The translations under genes were made by a program, and so were the position numbers. The notes under the pieces were generated by a model that was not told the DNA's origin, made no database searches, and worked only from the letters and a program-made list of their open reading frames with translations. Positions 1-8,224 of a stretch of 32,000 nt of DNA are shown in pieces. Source of the DNA: an uncultured Chloroflexia bacterium (GTDB lineage Bacteria > Chloroflexota > Ktedonobacteria > Ktedonobacterales > JADMIN01); NCBI GenBank assembly GCA_963718915.1, contig CAVRAI010000003.1, forward strand, positions 150,001 through 182,000, read 5' to 3'. Position 1 is the first letter of the stretch, and every line of letters starts with the position of its first letter.

Positions 1-1625
1 TTGTGATCTGGGTCGAGTGTCGCCCAGGAATAGTCGCCCCAGCGGGTCGCATTTGGATCATACGGCCCTGTGCCTCGCGCTGCCACATGCACGGCGCCGA
101 ACCACTGCTGATCGGCTTTCATCACCGTGTAGGCGGCGCTGGGGAACGTGCCCGCACCCGAAAGCGTGACGACCATCGCCGCGACGCCATTGCCGCTGGC
201 CTGAATCGCCGGATAGAGCAGATAGTTCCCGCGCGACGCGACATAGCCCTGGCTACGCACGGAGGCGCCGCCAATCACTTTGCCGCTGAGATGCGGCTTG
301 ACGGTGAACCAGGCGACGCCAGCCCGCGAAGTCGTATCACCTTTCGGCGTGAGAATCGTTCCGAGCGCGCCCCACAGATTGCCGTTGATGAACTGCGCCT
401 GCTGCATGCGATCATCGCCGGAGTCGAGGGTGCTGTCCGATCCTTTCTGAATCGCCGCTGGTGGTATCCCATACGCCTCGCTCTGAATCACAACACTGGA
501 AAGCGTCGGCATGCCGCCCTGGCTCACCTTCTGCCCGTTGGTGAGCGCCCAGACGCCGAGCCGATTGTCGCCAGTGCCGTTGGGATCGAGCGAATTGAGG
601 AAATATTCAGCGTCGGCAGGCCCGCTGGTGAGGGCAGGCTGCACCCCAAACGCGATATCACCACCAATGCTCAGATTGTCGAACTGAACGAAATGCACCG
701 TCTTCGCGTGATGGATGAGATTCGCCTTCGAGACGGCATAAATTTGCGTCCCGTTGAACTCAGGGCCATTGATCGAAAACTCGTCGGTGCTGATATAGAT
801 ATTCTGGCTATCAATACCCAGCCGTGGCTGATCGCCGAAGCACGGGCAGCCAGGATGACTGGGAGTGCCGTTTGTCCCGTCATCGGTGGCGTCAAGCTGG
901 TAGACAGTCCACGGCGTCGCCGGATTGCTGTTGGTGTTCACGGCGATGTCGGTATGCGCGGAGTTGCCGAAGTTGCCATCGGGCGTGGTGGCAATAAAGA
1001 GAATAGTAGCGAACCAGGTGTGCGTGGCTTTGTCGAAGGTGCATCGTGGGTCGCTGGTAAACTCCGTCAATCCCTCATTGAAGAGGACATTGACATTGAA
1101 CGGGCCAGCGACAAGCTTTCCGCTCGTGCGATAGACAGAGAACGCGGAGTTGACCGGCTCGACGACATAGCCATTACCGACGCATAGCCCCTGATCTGGC
1201 GGCTCGAATTTGGCCCCGAAGTTGGTGACCTCACTATCGAGGCTGCTGACCCCATTGAAATTCGTCAGCAATGCGCCGGGTTGTTGATCGTCCAGTGGCG
1301 AATCTGTGGCGGCGGGTCCGCGCGCGGCCTGCGCGGTCCGAAGCGCCTGGCCACCTTGCGCGTGTCGCACGCCTTTCGCCACAAATGGCGCGGTAGCATG
1401 CGCCACCGAAGCGGACGCGGACTGCGAGAAACTGCCGGAGACTCCTGCTGGAGTGAGCACTCCCGCTCTGGCATGACTCTGCGTCGGGGCGGATGCATGG
1501 GCGCTCCCAACAACCGCAAAGAAGCTACCCGCGAGAACGGCGCTCACGCCCGCGATGACGGCGATACAAGTAACGACGTGTCGTAGAGTGACTGTGCCAG
1601 GATTGCGTCTCGATGCGAAGAGCAT
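1..1625 (-). CDS. Secreted protein of unknown function, paralog A (C-terminus lies beyond the window start)
   Basis: Absent from the ORF track because it has no stop in the window. My reverse-strand translation from ATG at 1625 (AGGAGG at 1634-1639, 8-nt spacer) stays open for all 541 codons. It gives MLFASRRNPGTVTLRHVVTCIAVIAGVSAVLAGSFFAVVGSAHA (signal/anchor), then ...FEPPDQGLCVGNGYVVEPVN...YQLDATDDGTNGTPSHPGCPCFGDQPRLGID...GDDRMQQ...RWGDYSWATLDPDH. This is colinear with the 5080..6960 product. I checked the frame explicitly at 841-900. Confidence 0.85.
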   Translation of the reverse strand, partial: MLFASRRNPGTVTLRHVVTCIAVIAGVSAVLAGSFFAVVGSAHASAPTQSHARAGVLTPAGVSGSFSQSASASVAHATAPFVAKGVRHAQGGQALRTAQAARGPAATDSPLDDQQPGALLTNFNGVSSLDSEVTNFGAKFEPPDQGLCVGNGYVVEPVNSAFSVYRTSGKLVAGPFNVNVLFNEGLTEFTSDPRCTFDKATHTWFATILFIATTPDGNFGNSAHTDIAVNTNSNPATPWTVYQLDATDDGTNGTPSHPGCPCFGDQPRLGIDSQNIYISTDEFSINGPEFNGTQIYAVSKANLIHHAKTVHFVQFDNLSIGGDIAFGVQPALTSGPADAEYFLNSLDPNGTGDNRLGVWALTNGQKVSQGGMPTLSSVVIQSEAYGIPPAAIQKGSDSTLDSGDDRMQQAQFINGNLWGALGTILTPKGDTTSRAGVAWFTVKPHLSGKVIGGASVRSQGYVASRGNYLLYPAIQASGNGVAAMVVTLSGAGTFPSAAYTVMKADQQWFGAVHVAARGTGPYDPNATRWGDYSWATLDPDH

Positions 1626-1940
1626 GCTAACAACCTCCTGCCGACTCCTTGCCTTCTTGCCGCATTGTACCCCTGTTTTATCTGTTGATAAAGGGTATAC
1701 GCCGCGGCGATTCCACCTCACCACTGCCTTGCTGGTTGCAAGGCTCATCCTACATCCCCGCAAGAGCCACTGGTTGCTCCTCTGAACACTACGCACAGAT
1801 AGTACACTATTTACATGGTTCGCCCGCTGGAATGCGTCGCGTACCACTGCAATACGCACGGGCAGATGTTACACTAGGGAGCGCGGCAGGAGTATGGTTA
1901 ACAGGACAGCAGCCCAACAGCCCAGCACCAGGAGCATCCT

Positions 1941-2372
1941 ATGGCACTCGAACTCATCCCCCTTTGCAAGGTAACTGTCACTCCAGTATTAGCGGCCGAC
2001 CTCGGCATCACCCCGGCGGGGCGCCGTCTGATGGTCACGATTCGTGAGGTGGAGTGTGAAGGCGAGCGGCTCCACGCGCACCTCAAGGCAGGCGCGATCG
2101 CGGGGGACTGGATGATCGTCGGCCCCGACGGAACCGCGCTCATCGATATTCGCCTCACCCTCGAAACTGATGATGGCGCGCTCATCTATGTGGAATATCA
2201 GGGACGCCGCGACTTTTCGCAGGTCTACGAGGGCGTTGACGCCCCCGTCTACATCGCGCCGCGCTTTGAGACAAGCGACGAACGCTATAGCTGGCTCAAC
2301 AAGATTCAGGCCGTTGGCAAGGGTCTCGTCGATGGCGACTCGCGCATCTACGAAATCTATGAGGTGCGGTGA
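1941..2372 (+). CDS. DUF3237-family small beta-barrel protein
   Basis: 143-aa ORF with AGGAG 6 nt upstream of the ATG. The sequence pattern (IDIRLTLETDDGALIYVEYQGRR...YIAPRFETSDERYSWLN) matches my recollection of DUF3237/UPF0311 proteins. Confidence 0.75.
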   Translation: MALELIPLCKVTVTPVLAADLGITPAGRRLMVTIREVECEGERLHAHLKAGAIAGDWMIVGPDGTALIDIRLTLETDDGALIYVEYQGRRDFSQVYEGVDAPVYIAPRFETSDERYSWLNKIQAVGKGLVDGDSRIYEIYEVR

Positions 2373-2385
2373 GGTGCGGTGAGGT
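2361..2385. repeat. Perfect tandem 10-mer GAGGTGCGGT x2.5 spanning the DUF3237 stop codon
   Basis: Read directly: gaggtgcggt gaggtgcggt gaggt. The TGA stop (2370-2372) lies at the junction of copies 1 and 2. Confidence 0.9.
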
Positions 2386-2565
2386 ACGCTGACACCAACG
2401 GGCTAAGAAGCAGCCATAAAACGACCGATGGCGCCGATCCCCGCCAATCACGGAGAGCGACGCCATCAATATATGTCGAGAGAAGCAGTCGTAGAACCCG
2501 ATGGCGCTATTCCCTCATCATAAGAAAAAGCTCAACGGGTTCCTGCTCACGTAGACCCCGCGCCG

Positions 2566-3984
2566 TCAGGAGACGAGCGTGAAGACGCCCAGCAATGGCA
2601 GCAGCTTGGAAGCATTTGGCGAACCCAGGCCCGTCACCGGATCCCAGTTCGTCCCCGCGTTGTAGCCTGTGCCAATCTCGCTCACGTCGTTGTTGCCCAC
2701 AGTGACGTCGTGGAAGGCGTCAGCGTAGAGACCGTGCGCGCGACTGATGAGGTACAGCGCTGGGTTGATATCGCCAAAGCGATGATGCGCCAGCTGATCG
2801 CCAACCGCGGTCAGGCCTGCCCACTGGGGCGAACCAGCGCTCGTGCCACCGAAGAGGAAGAAGATCGTCGGATCGGTGGGGTCGAGGCCATTGAGCAGGT
2901 TGCAGATGCCGCAGTGCGTCAGCACACCACCATTGACACCCGCATTGTAGGAGACATCAGGCACACCACGTCCAGTTTTACTGGTGTTCGGTACGCCGAA
3001 CTGGAAGGCTGGCCGACCATAGATCGTGCTGAAGCCACCACCGCTGCAGTTGATGTCGTCGAGGGATACCGCTGGAGGATTGCAGCCAAGAAGCTGCTCG
3101 GTCCAGGCCGTCTCACCGATGTACGCGCCGGTCGCGCTGTCGGCATTGAGGGTCGTGCCACCAACGCCCGTCACCAGCGGATCAGAGGCGGGAGTGCTGG
3201 CGCTCAGGATCGCGGCGGTACCGTCGCAGTTGAACTGGGCCGCGCCACTATCGCCCGAGGAGGCGAAGACGGTGATTTGCTTCCGGGCAGCCTGCTCAAA
3301 CAACGTGTGCTGTTTCTGCAAGACCTTAGGATCCATACACGTCTCGGCCTCGCCGAAGCTCTGTGAGATCGTGTCGGCCAGGTTGTTATCGACGACATAC
3401 TTGGTCGCGTTGTAAAGCGCGGTGTCGTCGTTGCTGGTGGCAAGCACGAGCAAGATTTTCGCACCCGGCGCGGCGGCATGCGCCCACAGCACGTCGAGGG
3501 TGATCTCCTCGGCCCAGCCATCCATATTGCCGTCATTGGGATCGAACGGCGTCAGGCCCTGCGGGGCGATCTGCTGGAAATCAGCAGCGGGAAGGCCGAA
3601 GGTCGAGTCGAAGATGGAGAGGTCGGTCTGCACATACGGGCTTTGGAAAGCGTCGATGATCGCAATCGTCCGCCCTTTGCCGTTGATGCCCTTGTTGAGC
3701 AATGGAGTAAGGCCATATGCTGCCTGGATTTGTGAGGGCTGGTAGCACCGTAGCCCAGCGGAGCCATCAATCGGGCGGTCCTGGCAATTGAAATGGACGG
3801 CGCTCGTATCTTTGACGACCTTGCTGATGGCTGGATGCACCGTAATCTGGTGGGCTATGTCTGGCGCTGCGTCCGCGAAGGCTGCGGGGCCAGTCGCCAG
3901 GAATCCGCCCATGACGATCGCGGCAAGCCCAACCGTCACACTACTCATCTTCAGCGCGTGGGATATCTTCTGGGTAAAATGCAC
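2566..3984 (-). CDS. Secreted S53 (sedolisin/kumamolisin-type) serine-carboxyl peptidase
   Basis: 472-aa ORF with a GTG start at 3984 and GAGGGAG 7 nt upstream. N-terminal signal-like segment MSSVTVGLAAIVMGGFLATGPAAFADA. S53 hallmarks are present: Glu/Asp pair in WAEEITLDVLWAHAAAPGA, oxyanion Asp in FASSGDSGA, and the Ser nucleophile motif GGTSAGSPQWAG. Confidence 0.88.
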   Translation of the reverse strand: MHFTQKISHALKMSSVTVGLAAIVMGGFLATGPAAFADAAPDIAHQITVHPAISKVVKDTSAVHFNCQDRPIDGSAGLRCYQPSQIQAAYGLTPLLNKGINGKGRTIAIIDAFQSPYVQTDLSIFDSTFGLPAADFQQIAPQGLTPFDPNDGNMDGWAEEITLDVLWAHAAAPGAKILLVLATSNDDTALYNATKYVVDNNLADTISQSFGEAETCMDPKVLQKQHTLFEQAARKQITVFASSGDSGAAQFNCDGTAAILSASTPASDPLVTGVGGTTLNADSATGAYIGETAWTEQLLGCNPPAVSLDDINCSGGGFSTIYGRPAFQFGVPNTSKTGRGVPDVSYNAGVNGGVLTHCGICNLLNGLDPTDPTIFFLFGGTSAGSPQWAGLTAVGDQLAHHRFGDINPALYLISRAHGLYADAFHDVTVGNNDVSEIGTGYNAGTNWDPVTGLGSPNASKLLPLLGVFTLVS

Positions 3985-4082
3985 GTGCGCACTCCCTCAA
4001 GTGATTTTGCGACCCCGCGGGGTAGGTGTCCCCACCCGGCAAGGGCAGAAATCTTACCGTTTTTCAGATGAGACCTCACGGC

Positions 4083-4106
4083 TCGATGCTTCGATGCTTC
4101 GATGCT
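4083..4106. repeat. Tandem 8-mer (TCGATGCT) x3
   Basis: Read directly in the non-coding gap. Confidence 0.9.
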
Positions 4107-4228
4107 GTGAGTCCCAGGGTTGCTCACTGACATTGCAATCTACACACGCCCGCTGTTGCTATGAAGAGTCTGGAATATTGTGTGTAGTCCCGTGCGGATT
4201 ATCCGACGAGAAACGGGGATAACTGCTC

Positions 4229-4252
4229 GCCTCTCTGCCCGCCTCTCTGCCC
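4229..4252. repeat. Tandem 12-mer (GCCTCTCTGCCC) x2
   Basis: Read directly in the non-coding gap. Confidence 0.9.
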
Positions 4253-5079
4253 GGTTCCACCTCCTCACGATCACCGTTGATCGTCCCCACCGTGCCGCCC
4301 ACAACCGATCTTTGAGTACGCAAGACGCCGACCCTGCCTGGTGAGAGGTTCACATGGCGCCCGACAAGGCATTCCATTGTGATGAGTAGTCTGATCCAGA
4401 CAAAAGCAGGGAGCGTCCTCCAATCCTTTTTGACGACGATGGTTACATGAGCCCACTGCTCTGCTCTTGATAATAACAACGTGCGCTCATTGCGTGAAGT
4501 CACCCCTGACTTATCACACGTAAGCACGCGCAAGGCATATCGGTTCACCACATATTACGCATTGCGACCGACCTCTTGCCAGACGCCCGCTCATACTTTA
4601 TTATGGTAGGTAGTAGGTAGATGTTCTGCTACATCCTGCGGAAACGATGCTACAGGATAGCTTGTAACCTGCGTGCGTATCCTAACCTTGTAGCGCATCG
4701 CTCACCGGAGAAAGGAGGCGGAGCAGGAACAGCGACGTTCCTTAGATTTGAGCCGACTTTCGATGGGTGTGATGAGGTTGGGATCGGGTGGAGCGTTCTG
4801 TCGGCATTTCCTCTGGCGCGTATGTCGCGCGCCGCGCACAAGCCCCGTCTCCTGCTGTCCGCACTACAATCGCGGGCAGACAAACCCTCTCATCATGGTC
4901 AAGAAGAATTGGCATTGCCTCCACGCATCACCTTCGTGTCAGCGTCATTGGATTAACGCACGTACGCATGTAGATGCTGGTCTTCACTCTATTGCCATAA
5001 ATTCCCGCATGCGACGTGTTTGGACAGGGAGTGCCTGCGATGCTCGATCTTCCAGAGCATCGCGTACAGGAGGTATGGT

Positions 5080-6960
5080 TTGAAGAGCCACAAGACGCGA
5101 ACGATCCTCTTCAGCAGCTTTACCATCATTACGGCGCTGGTGCTTGCGGCTGGTTCCTTCTTCATGCAAGCGACACCAACCGCCCATGCTGATGGCAGCA
5201 ATCAGACGCTACAGAACCTCACCGAAACTGGCACCAGTGTCTTTGTCGCCGGTCCCACCGGCCTTACGGGCGATACCCTGAATCAGCAGGTGCCCGAGGA
5301 TGACGATCAAGATCAGCACACCAATGCGGTGTATGATCAGGCGCCGACGACCAATCCGAATCCAGGGGCCAGCGGCGTTGCCTCGAAAAACAAGGGCTTC
5401 TCTGGCTTCACGGGTCTCGATCACTTCGATACCCGCACGCGTGATGGCGGCAATGCCTTCAGCCTCGAACCGCCGGATCAGGGACTTTGTGTTGGCAATG
5501 GTAAAGTCCTTGAGACAGTCAACCAAGTGCTCGTTGTATTCGATAAGTCCGGCAATCGGCTGACCACGCCAGAGTCCATGAACACGTTCTTCGGGCTACC
5601 ATTTTCGATCAACCGCACCACTGGCGTTCGTGGAGACTTCCTCAGCGACCCCAAGTGCTACTATGATGTCGCCACCAACCGCTTCTTCCTGACCATGTTG
5701 CAGGAAGACCCGGCCCCTTCGGTGCGCGCTCACACGCTCATCGCGGTCTCACAGACGGGCGATCCGACTGGTGTGTGGACCGATTTCTCTATTGACGCCA
5801 CCGATGATGGCCTGAACGGCACCCCCAGCCATCCGAATTGCCCATGTTTCGGTGACCAGCCACTCATCGGCGCCGACGCCTTCGGCTTCTACATTTCTAC
5901 GAATGAGTTTCCGAGCTTCGTAGCGGGCTTCAATGGCTCACAGGTCTACGCGATCTCGAAGTTCCGCCTGGCGGCCGCGGCATCCGCGCACGGCAGCGGC
6001 ACACTGCCTCCAGTGGTGCATATCAACGCTGGCGCGATCCCCACACCGGATACTGGCGGTATCTGGTATTCGATTCAGCCCGCCACCACACCTGGCTCGA
6101 CCCTGCTCACGCTGGGCAACGGCGGCACTGAATTCTTCATGAGCGCGTTGCAGTTTGGCCCTGCCCCACTCGATAACCGCATCGCCGTCTGGGCAATGGT
6201 CAACACCAAGACCCTGGGGAACACCACCCCGACTGTCTCGCTGCTCAACACCGTCATCGGCTCAGAGACGTATGGCTTGCGGCCCGATGGCTCGCTCACA
6301 GCGACACAGAAGGCAGGCGACTATCCTCTGGGTCAGTTCTTTGGCGAGTCTGAAAACCAGCTCAACGCCAATGATGACCGTATGAATCAGGTCGTCTACG
6401 CTGCCGGACTGCTCTACTCTGGCGTCAACACCGTAATCGGTGATGGGTCGCGCACGGGCATCGCCTACTTCATCGTGCTCCCATTCGTCAGCAAGGATCA
6501 CGGCAATTTGAGCGTTCATGCGGCCATGGTCAAGCAGGGCTACGTGTCCGCGGCGAATGACAGCGTGCTCTTCCCCTCGATTGGCGTGAACGCGCTCGGT
6601 CAGGGTGTGATGACCTTTACGCTCTCCGGGCCTAACTACTACCCGACCGCGGCCTATGTGACCGTGAATGCGATCACTGGGGCTGGCAGTATTCACATCG
6701 GCGGCGCGGGCGTCGGCCCAGCCGATGGCTTTACTGGCTATGCGGCGGAAGGTGGCAACGGTGTCCAGCGCTGGGGCGACTACTCGGCGGCGGTAGCAGA
6801 CTCCGATGGCAGCATCTGGTTCGCTACTGAGTACATCGCTCAGACCTGCACGCTGGCACAGTGGACCGCTGACTCGACGTGCGGCGGCACACGCACCCAG
6901 CTTGCCAACTGGTCGACATTCGTTGGCCATGTCAGCGGTATTGGTCTCTTCGACCACTAA
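5080..6960 (+). CDS. Secreted protein of unknown function, paralog B
   Basis: The track ORF is 5020..6960. I prefer the TTG start at 5080 (AGGAGG at 5068-5073, 6-nt spacer), giving MKSHKTRTILFSSFTIITALVLAAGSFFMQATPTAHA/DGS, a signal peptide. It shares colinear motifs with paralog A: EPPDQGLCVGNG, DPKCYYD, IDATDDGLNGTPSHPNCPCFGDQP, NDDRMNQ, RWGDYS. The RWGDYS-type motif suggests a beta-propeller/sialidase-like fold, but that is inference only. Confidence 0.85.
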   Translation: MKSHKTRTILFSSFTIITALVLAAGSFFMQATPTAHADGSNQTLQNLTETGTSVFVAGPTGLTGDTLNQQVPEDDDQDQHTNAVYDQAPTTNPNPGASGVASKNKGFSGFTGLDHFDTRTRDGGNAFSLEPPDQGLCVGNGKVLETVNQVLVVFDKSGNRLTTPESMNTFFGLPFSINRTTGVRGDFLSDPKCYYDVATNRFFLTMLQEDPAPSVRAHTLIAVSQTGDPTGVWTDFSIDATDDGLNGTPSHPNCPCFGDQPLIGADAFGFYISTNEFPSFVAGFNGSQVYAISKFRLAAAASAHGSGTLPPVVHINAGAIPTPDTGGIWYSIQPATTPGSTLLTLGNGGTEFFMSALQFGPAPLDNRIAVWAMVNTKTLGNTTPTVSLLNTVIGSETYGLRPDGSLTATQKAGDYPLGQFFGESENQLNANDDRMNQVVYAAGLLYSGVNTVIGDGSRTGIAYFIVLPFVSKDHGNLSVHAAMVKQGYVSAANDSVLFPSIGVNALGQGVMTFTLSGPNYYPTAAYVTVNAITGAGSIHIGGAGVGPADGFTGYAAEGGNGVQRWGDYSAAVADSDGSIWFATEYIAQTCTLAQWTADSTCGGTRTQLANWSTFVGHVSGIGLFDH

Positions 6961-7000
6961 TATCGCAGACGCCACTATCGTGTTTGTCGTTCTCTCAACG

Positions 7001-7032
7001 AGAGCCGGACTCTGCATAAGGGTTCCGGCTCT
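7001..7032 (+). terminator. Hairpin 40 nt downstream of paralog B (candidate terminator, no clear U-tract)
   Basis: AGAGCCGGA (7001-7009) pairs with TCCGGCTCT (7024-7032). The loop is 14 nt. Confidence 0.35.
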
Positions 7033-7051
7033 CTGTCATTCAGCCGATAGC

Positions 7052-7079
7052 AATGGAGACGGAAATGGAGACGGAAATG
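7052..7079. repeat. Tandem 12-mer (AATGGAGACGGA) x2.3
   Basis: Read directly between the two hairpins of this convergent intergenic region. Confidence 0.9.
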
Positions 7080-7107
7080 CCCCGCTCCAGCAACGAGAGC
7101 GGGGCAT
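7077..7107 (-). terminator. 11-bp hairpin 30 nt downstream of the 7137..7376 gene (candidate terminator)
   Basis: ATGCCCCGCTC (7077-7087) pairs with GAGCGGGGCAT (7097-7107), with a 9-nt loop. On the minus strand it is followed by TTCCGTCTCCATTTCC, which is only a weak U-tract. Confidence 0.4.
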
Positions 7108-7136
7108 GAGCCGAAAAATCCCTGGTAGGGTCGTCC

Positions 7137-7376
7137 TCAGGCTGCGACCGCCGAGGCCCGCCGCCATTCGTAGCGCGCCGCCAGGCCCAGCGCAATCGCC
7201 ACCACCGCCAGCCCGCCAACCATAAACCACTCCAGCGAACCACTGCCCTGATCGGGGTCAACGCGGAAAACTGTCTCGATCCATTCCTGATTGATGAGCG
7301 TCACCACAAACATGACGCCAGCGATAAGTCCCAGGATGGCCTCAAGATAGAACCACAGTCGCAGGCCCTTCTTCAT
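7137..7376 (-). CDS. Small (79-aa) two-TM membrane protein, unknown function
   Basis: ATG at 7376 with GGAGG 8 nt upstream. It has two hydrophobic segments (LWFYLEAILGLIAGVMFVVTLI and WFMVGGLAVVAIALGLAA) and lies between a hairpin and a divergent promoter region. Confidence 0.65.
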   Translation of the reverse strand: MKKGLRLWFYLEAILGLIAGVMFVVTLINQEWIETVFRVDPDQGSGSLEWFMVGGLAVVAIALGLAARYEWRRASAVAA

Positions 7377-7471
7377 GTCGAGAACCTCCGTGAATCCATA
7401 TGCTGTTCATATGGCGTAGAGATGCTGAGCCGTTCAGCACACCTGTAAGCATCATACAGCATCCACCAAGA

Positions 7472-7489
7472 GAGGGCCATGAGGGCCAT
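7472..7489. repeat. Tandem 9-mer (GAGGGCCAT) x2 in the divergent promoter region
   Basis: Read directly. Confidence 0.85.
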
Positions 7490-7511
7490 GCAAATTCGCG
7501 GTTGCCCGGCC

Positions 7512-7542
7512 TTGACCTTCCAGTTACGGGAAGGTGTACGCT
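7512..7542 (+). promoter_or_regulatory. MerR-type promoter with CueR-box dyad
   Basis: TTGACC (7512-7517), then a 19-nt spacer, then TACGCT (7537-7542). The long spacer is the MerR-family hallmark. Within it is a perfect dyad ACCTTCC (7515-7521)-N7-GGAAGGT (7529-7535). As far as I recall this equals the CueR box of E. coli PcopA. It lies 42 nt upstream of the MerR gene ATG. Confidence 0.7.
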
Positions 7543-7583
7543 GTTGGCAGTAAGAGGCAAGGCGGACCGGACAGGGGGAAACC

Positions 7584-8114
7584 ATGCAAACGAACAGCAG
7601 CGGCGACCGACAGCGTGTCAATGCCAAGGGGCCAGGCGAGGCAACGCTCACCATCGGGCAGATTGCCCAGCGAACGGGCGTCGCGGCCAAGACCATCCGC
7701 TTCTACGAAGAGATTGGCCTCTTGCCACAGCCACCGCGCGGACCGAATAGCTACCGCCGTTATCGTCTTGCCGATCTCAATCGCCTGCTGTTGCTCCGGC
7801 GCATTCGCCTGCTCGGTTTGCCTCTTTCGTCGGCGAAACCCCTGCTCATTGGCGCGTCCGACGCACAATGCGGCGACGTCCAGCGGCAGTTGCTCTCGCT
7901 GGTTGAGCAGCGGCTGCGCGCGATTGACCAGGAGATTGCCGAACTGCACTCGCTACGGGAGACGGTCGCGGGCTATCAGCGCGCGCTCTCGGCCTGCCCA
8001 CCCGCCGACGATTCCACATTCAGCGATTGTTCCGATATGCGTTGCATCGCCCCATCCGACGATGCCGCACTCGAGGAGGCGTGCCATGATGAAACCGACT
8101 CTTGTTGCCCGTAA
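7584..8114 (+). CDS. MerR-family metal-sensing transcriptional regulator, CueR/HmrR-like
   Basis: 176-aa ORF. N-terminal MerR HTH (LTIGQIAQRTGVAAKTIRFYEEIGLLPQP...YRRY), a coiled-coil dimerisation helix, then a Cys loop ACPPADDSTFSDC resembling the CueR loop CPGDDSADC. The tail carries additional Cys residues (RC...ACHDETDSCCP). Confidence 0.9.
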   Translation: MQTNSSGDRQRVNAKGPGEATLTIGQIAQRTGVAAKTIRFYEEIGLLPQPPRGPNSYRRYRLADLNRLLLLRRIRLLGLPLSSAKPLLIGASDAQCGDVQRQLLSLVEQRLRAIDQEIAELHSLRETVAGYQRALSACPPADDSTFSDCSDMRCIAPSDDAALEEACHDETDSCCP

Positions 8115-8202
8115 CCTCAGCGCTGCCTGTGATGCCTGTGATTGTCCGCCGGGCGAGTGTCCCTGCGGCCCAGAGTGTTGCAGCGGAACGGGCTGCTGTT
8201 AG
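8086..8202 (+). CDS. 38-aa cysteine-rich micropeptide (metallothionein-like candidate)
   Basis: It is the last 38 codons of the shadow ORF 7534..8202. ATG at 8086 is preceded by GAGGAGG (8073-8079, 6-nt spacer). Product: MMKPTLVARNLSAACDACDCPPGECPCGPECCSGTGCC, with 9 Cys in the final 24 residues. It overlaps the MerR 3' end by 29 nt in another frame and is followed by a hairpin terminator. Confidence 0.55.
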   Translation: MMKPTLVARNLSAACDACDCPPGECPCGPECCSGTGCC

Positions 8203-8224
8203 GCGCATCCTTCCCCACAACACG

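Noticed and set aside
3-1187. 394-aa plus-strand ORF, the longest track entry at the left edge
   Set aside because: It lies antisense to a far better minus-strand gene (1..1625) that has an RBS, a signal peptide and a clear paralog in the window. The product is Arg/Ala/Gly-rich shadow-ORF composition typical of high-GC DNA.
4159-4551. 130-aa minus-strand ORF in the low-GC gap
   Set aside because: It has no RBS, no recognisable motif and an atypical composition. It overlaps another equally weak ORF. I treat the region as non-coding or decayed.
6262-7017. 251-aa minus-strand ORF
   Set aside because: It is antisense to the 3' part of paralog B, with no RBS and shadow-type composition.
7534-8085. 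Upstream 184 codons of the 222-aa ORF 7534..8202
   Set aside because: This part overlaps the MerR gene out of frame and reads as Arg/Ser/Ala-rich shadow sequence. Only the last 38 codons, which have their own RBS and ATG and lie mostly downstream of the MerR stop, look like a real product.
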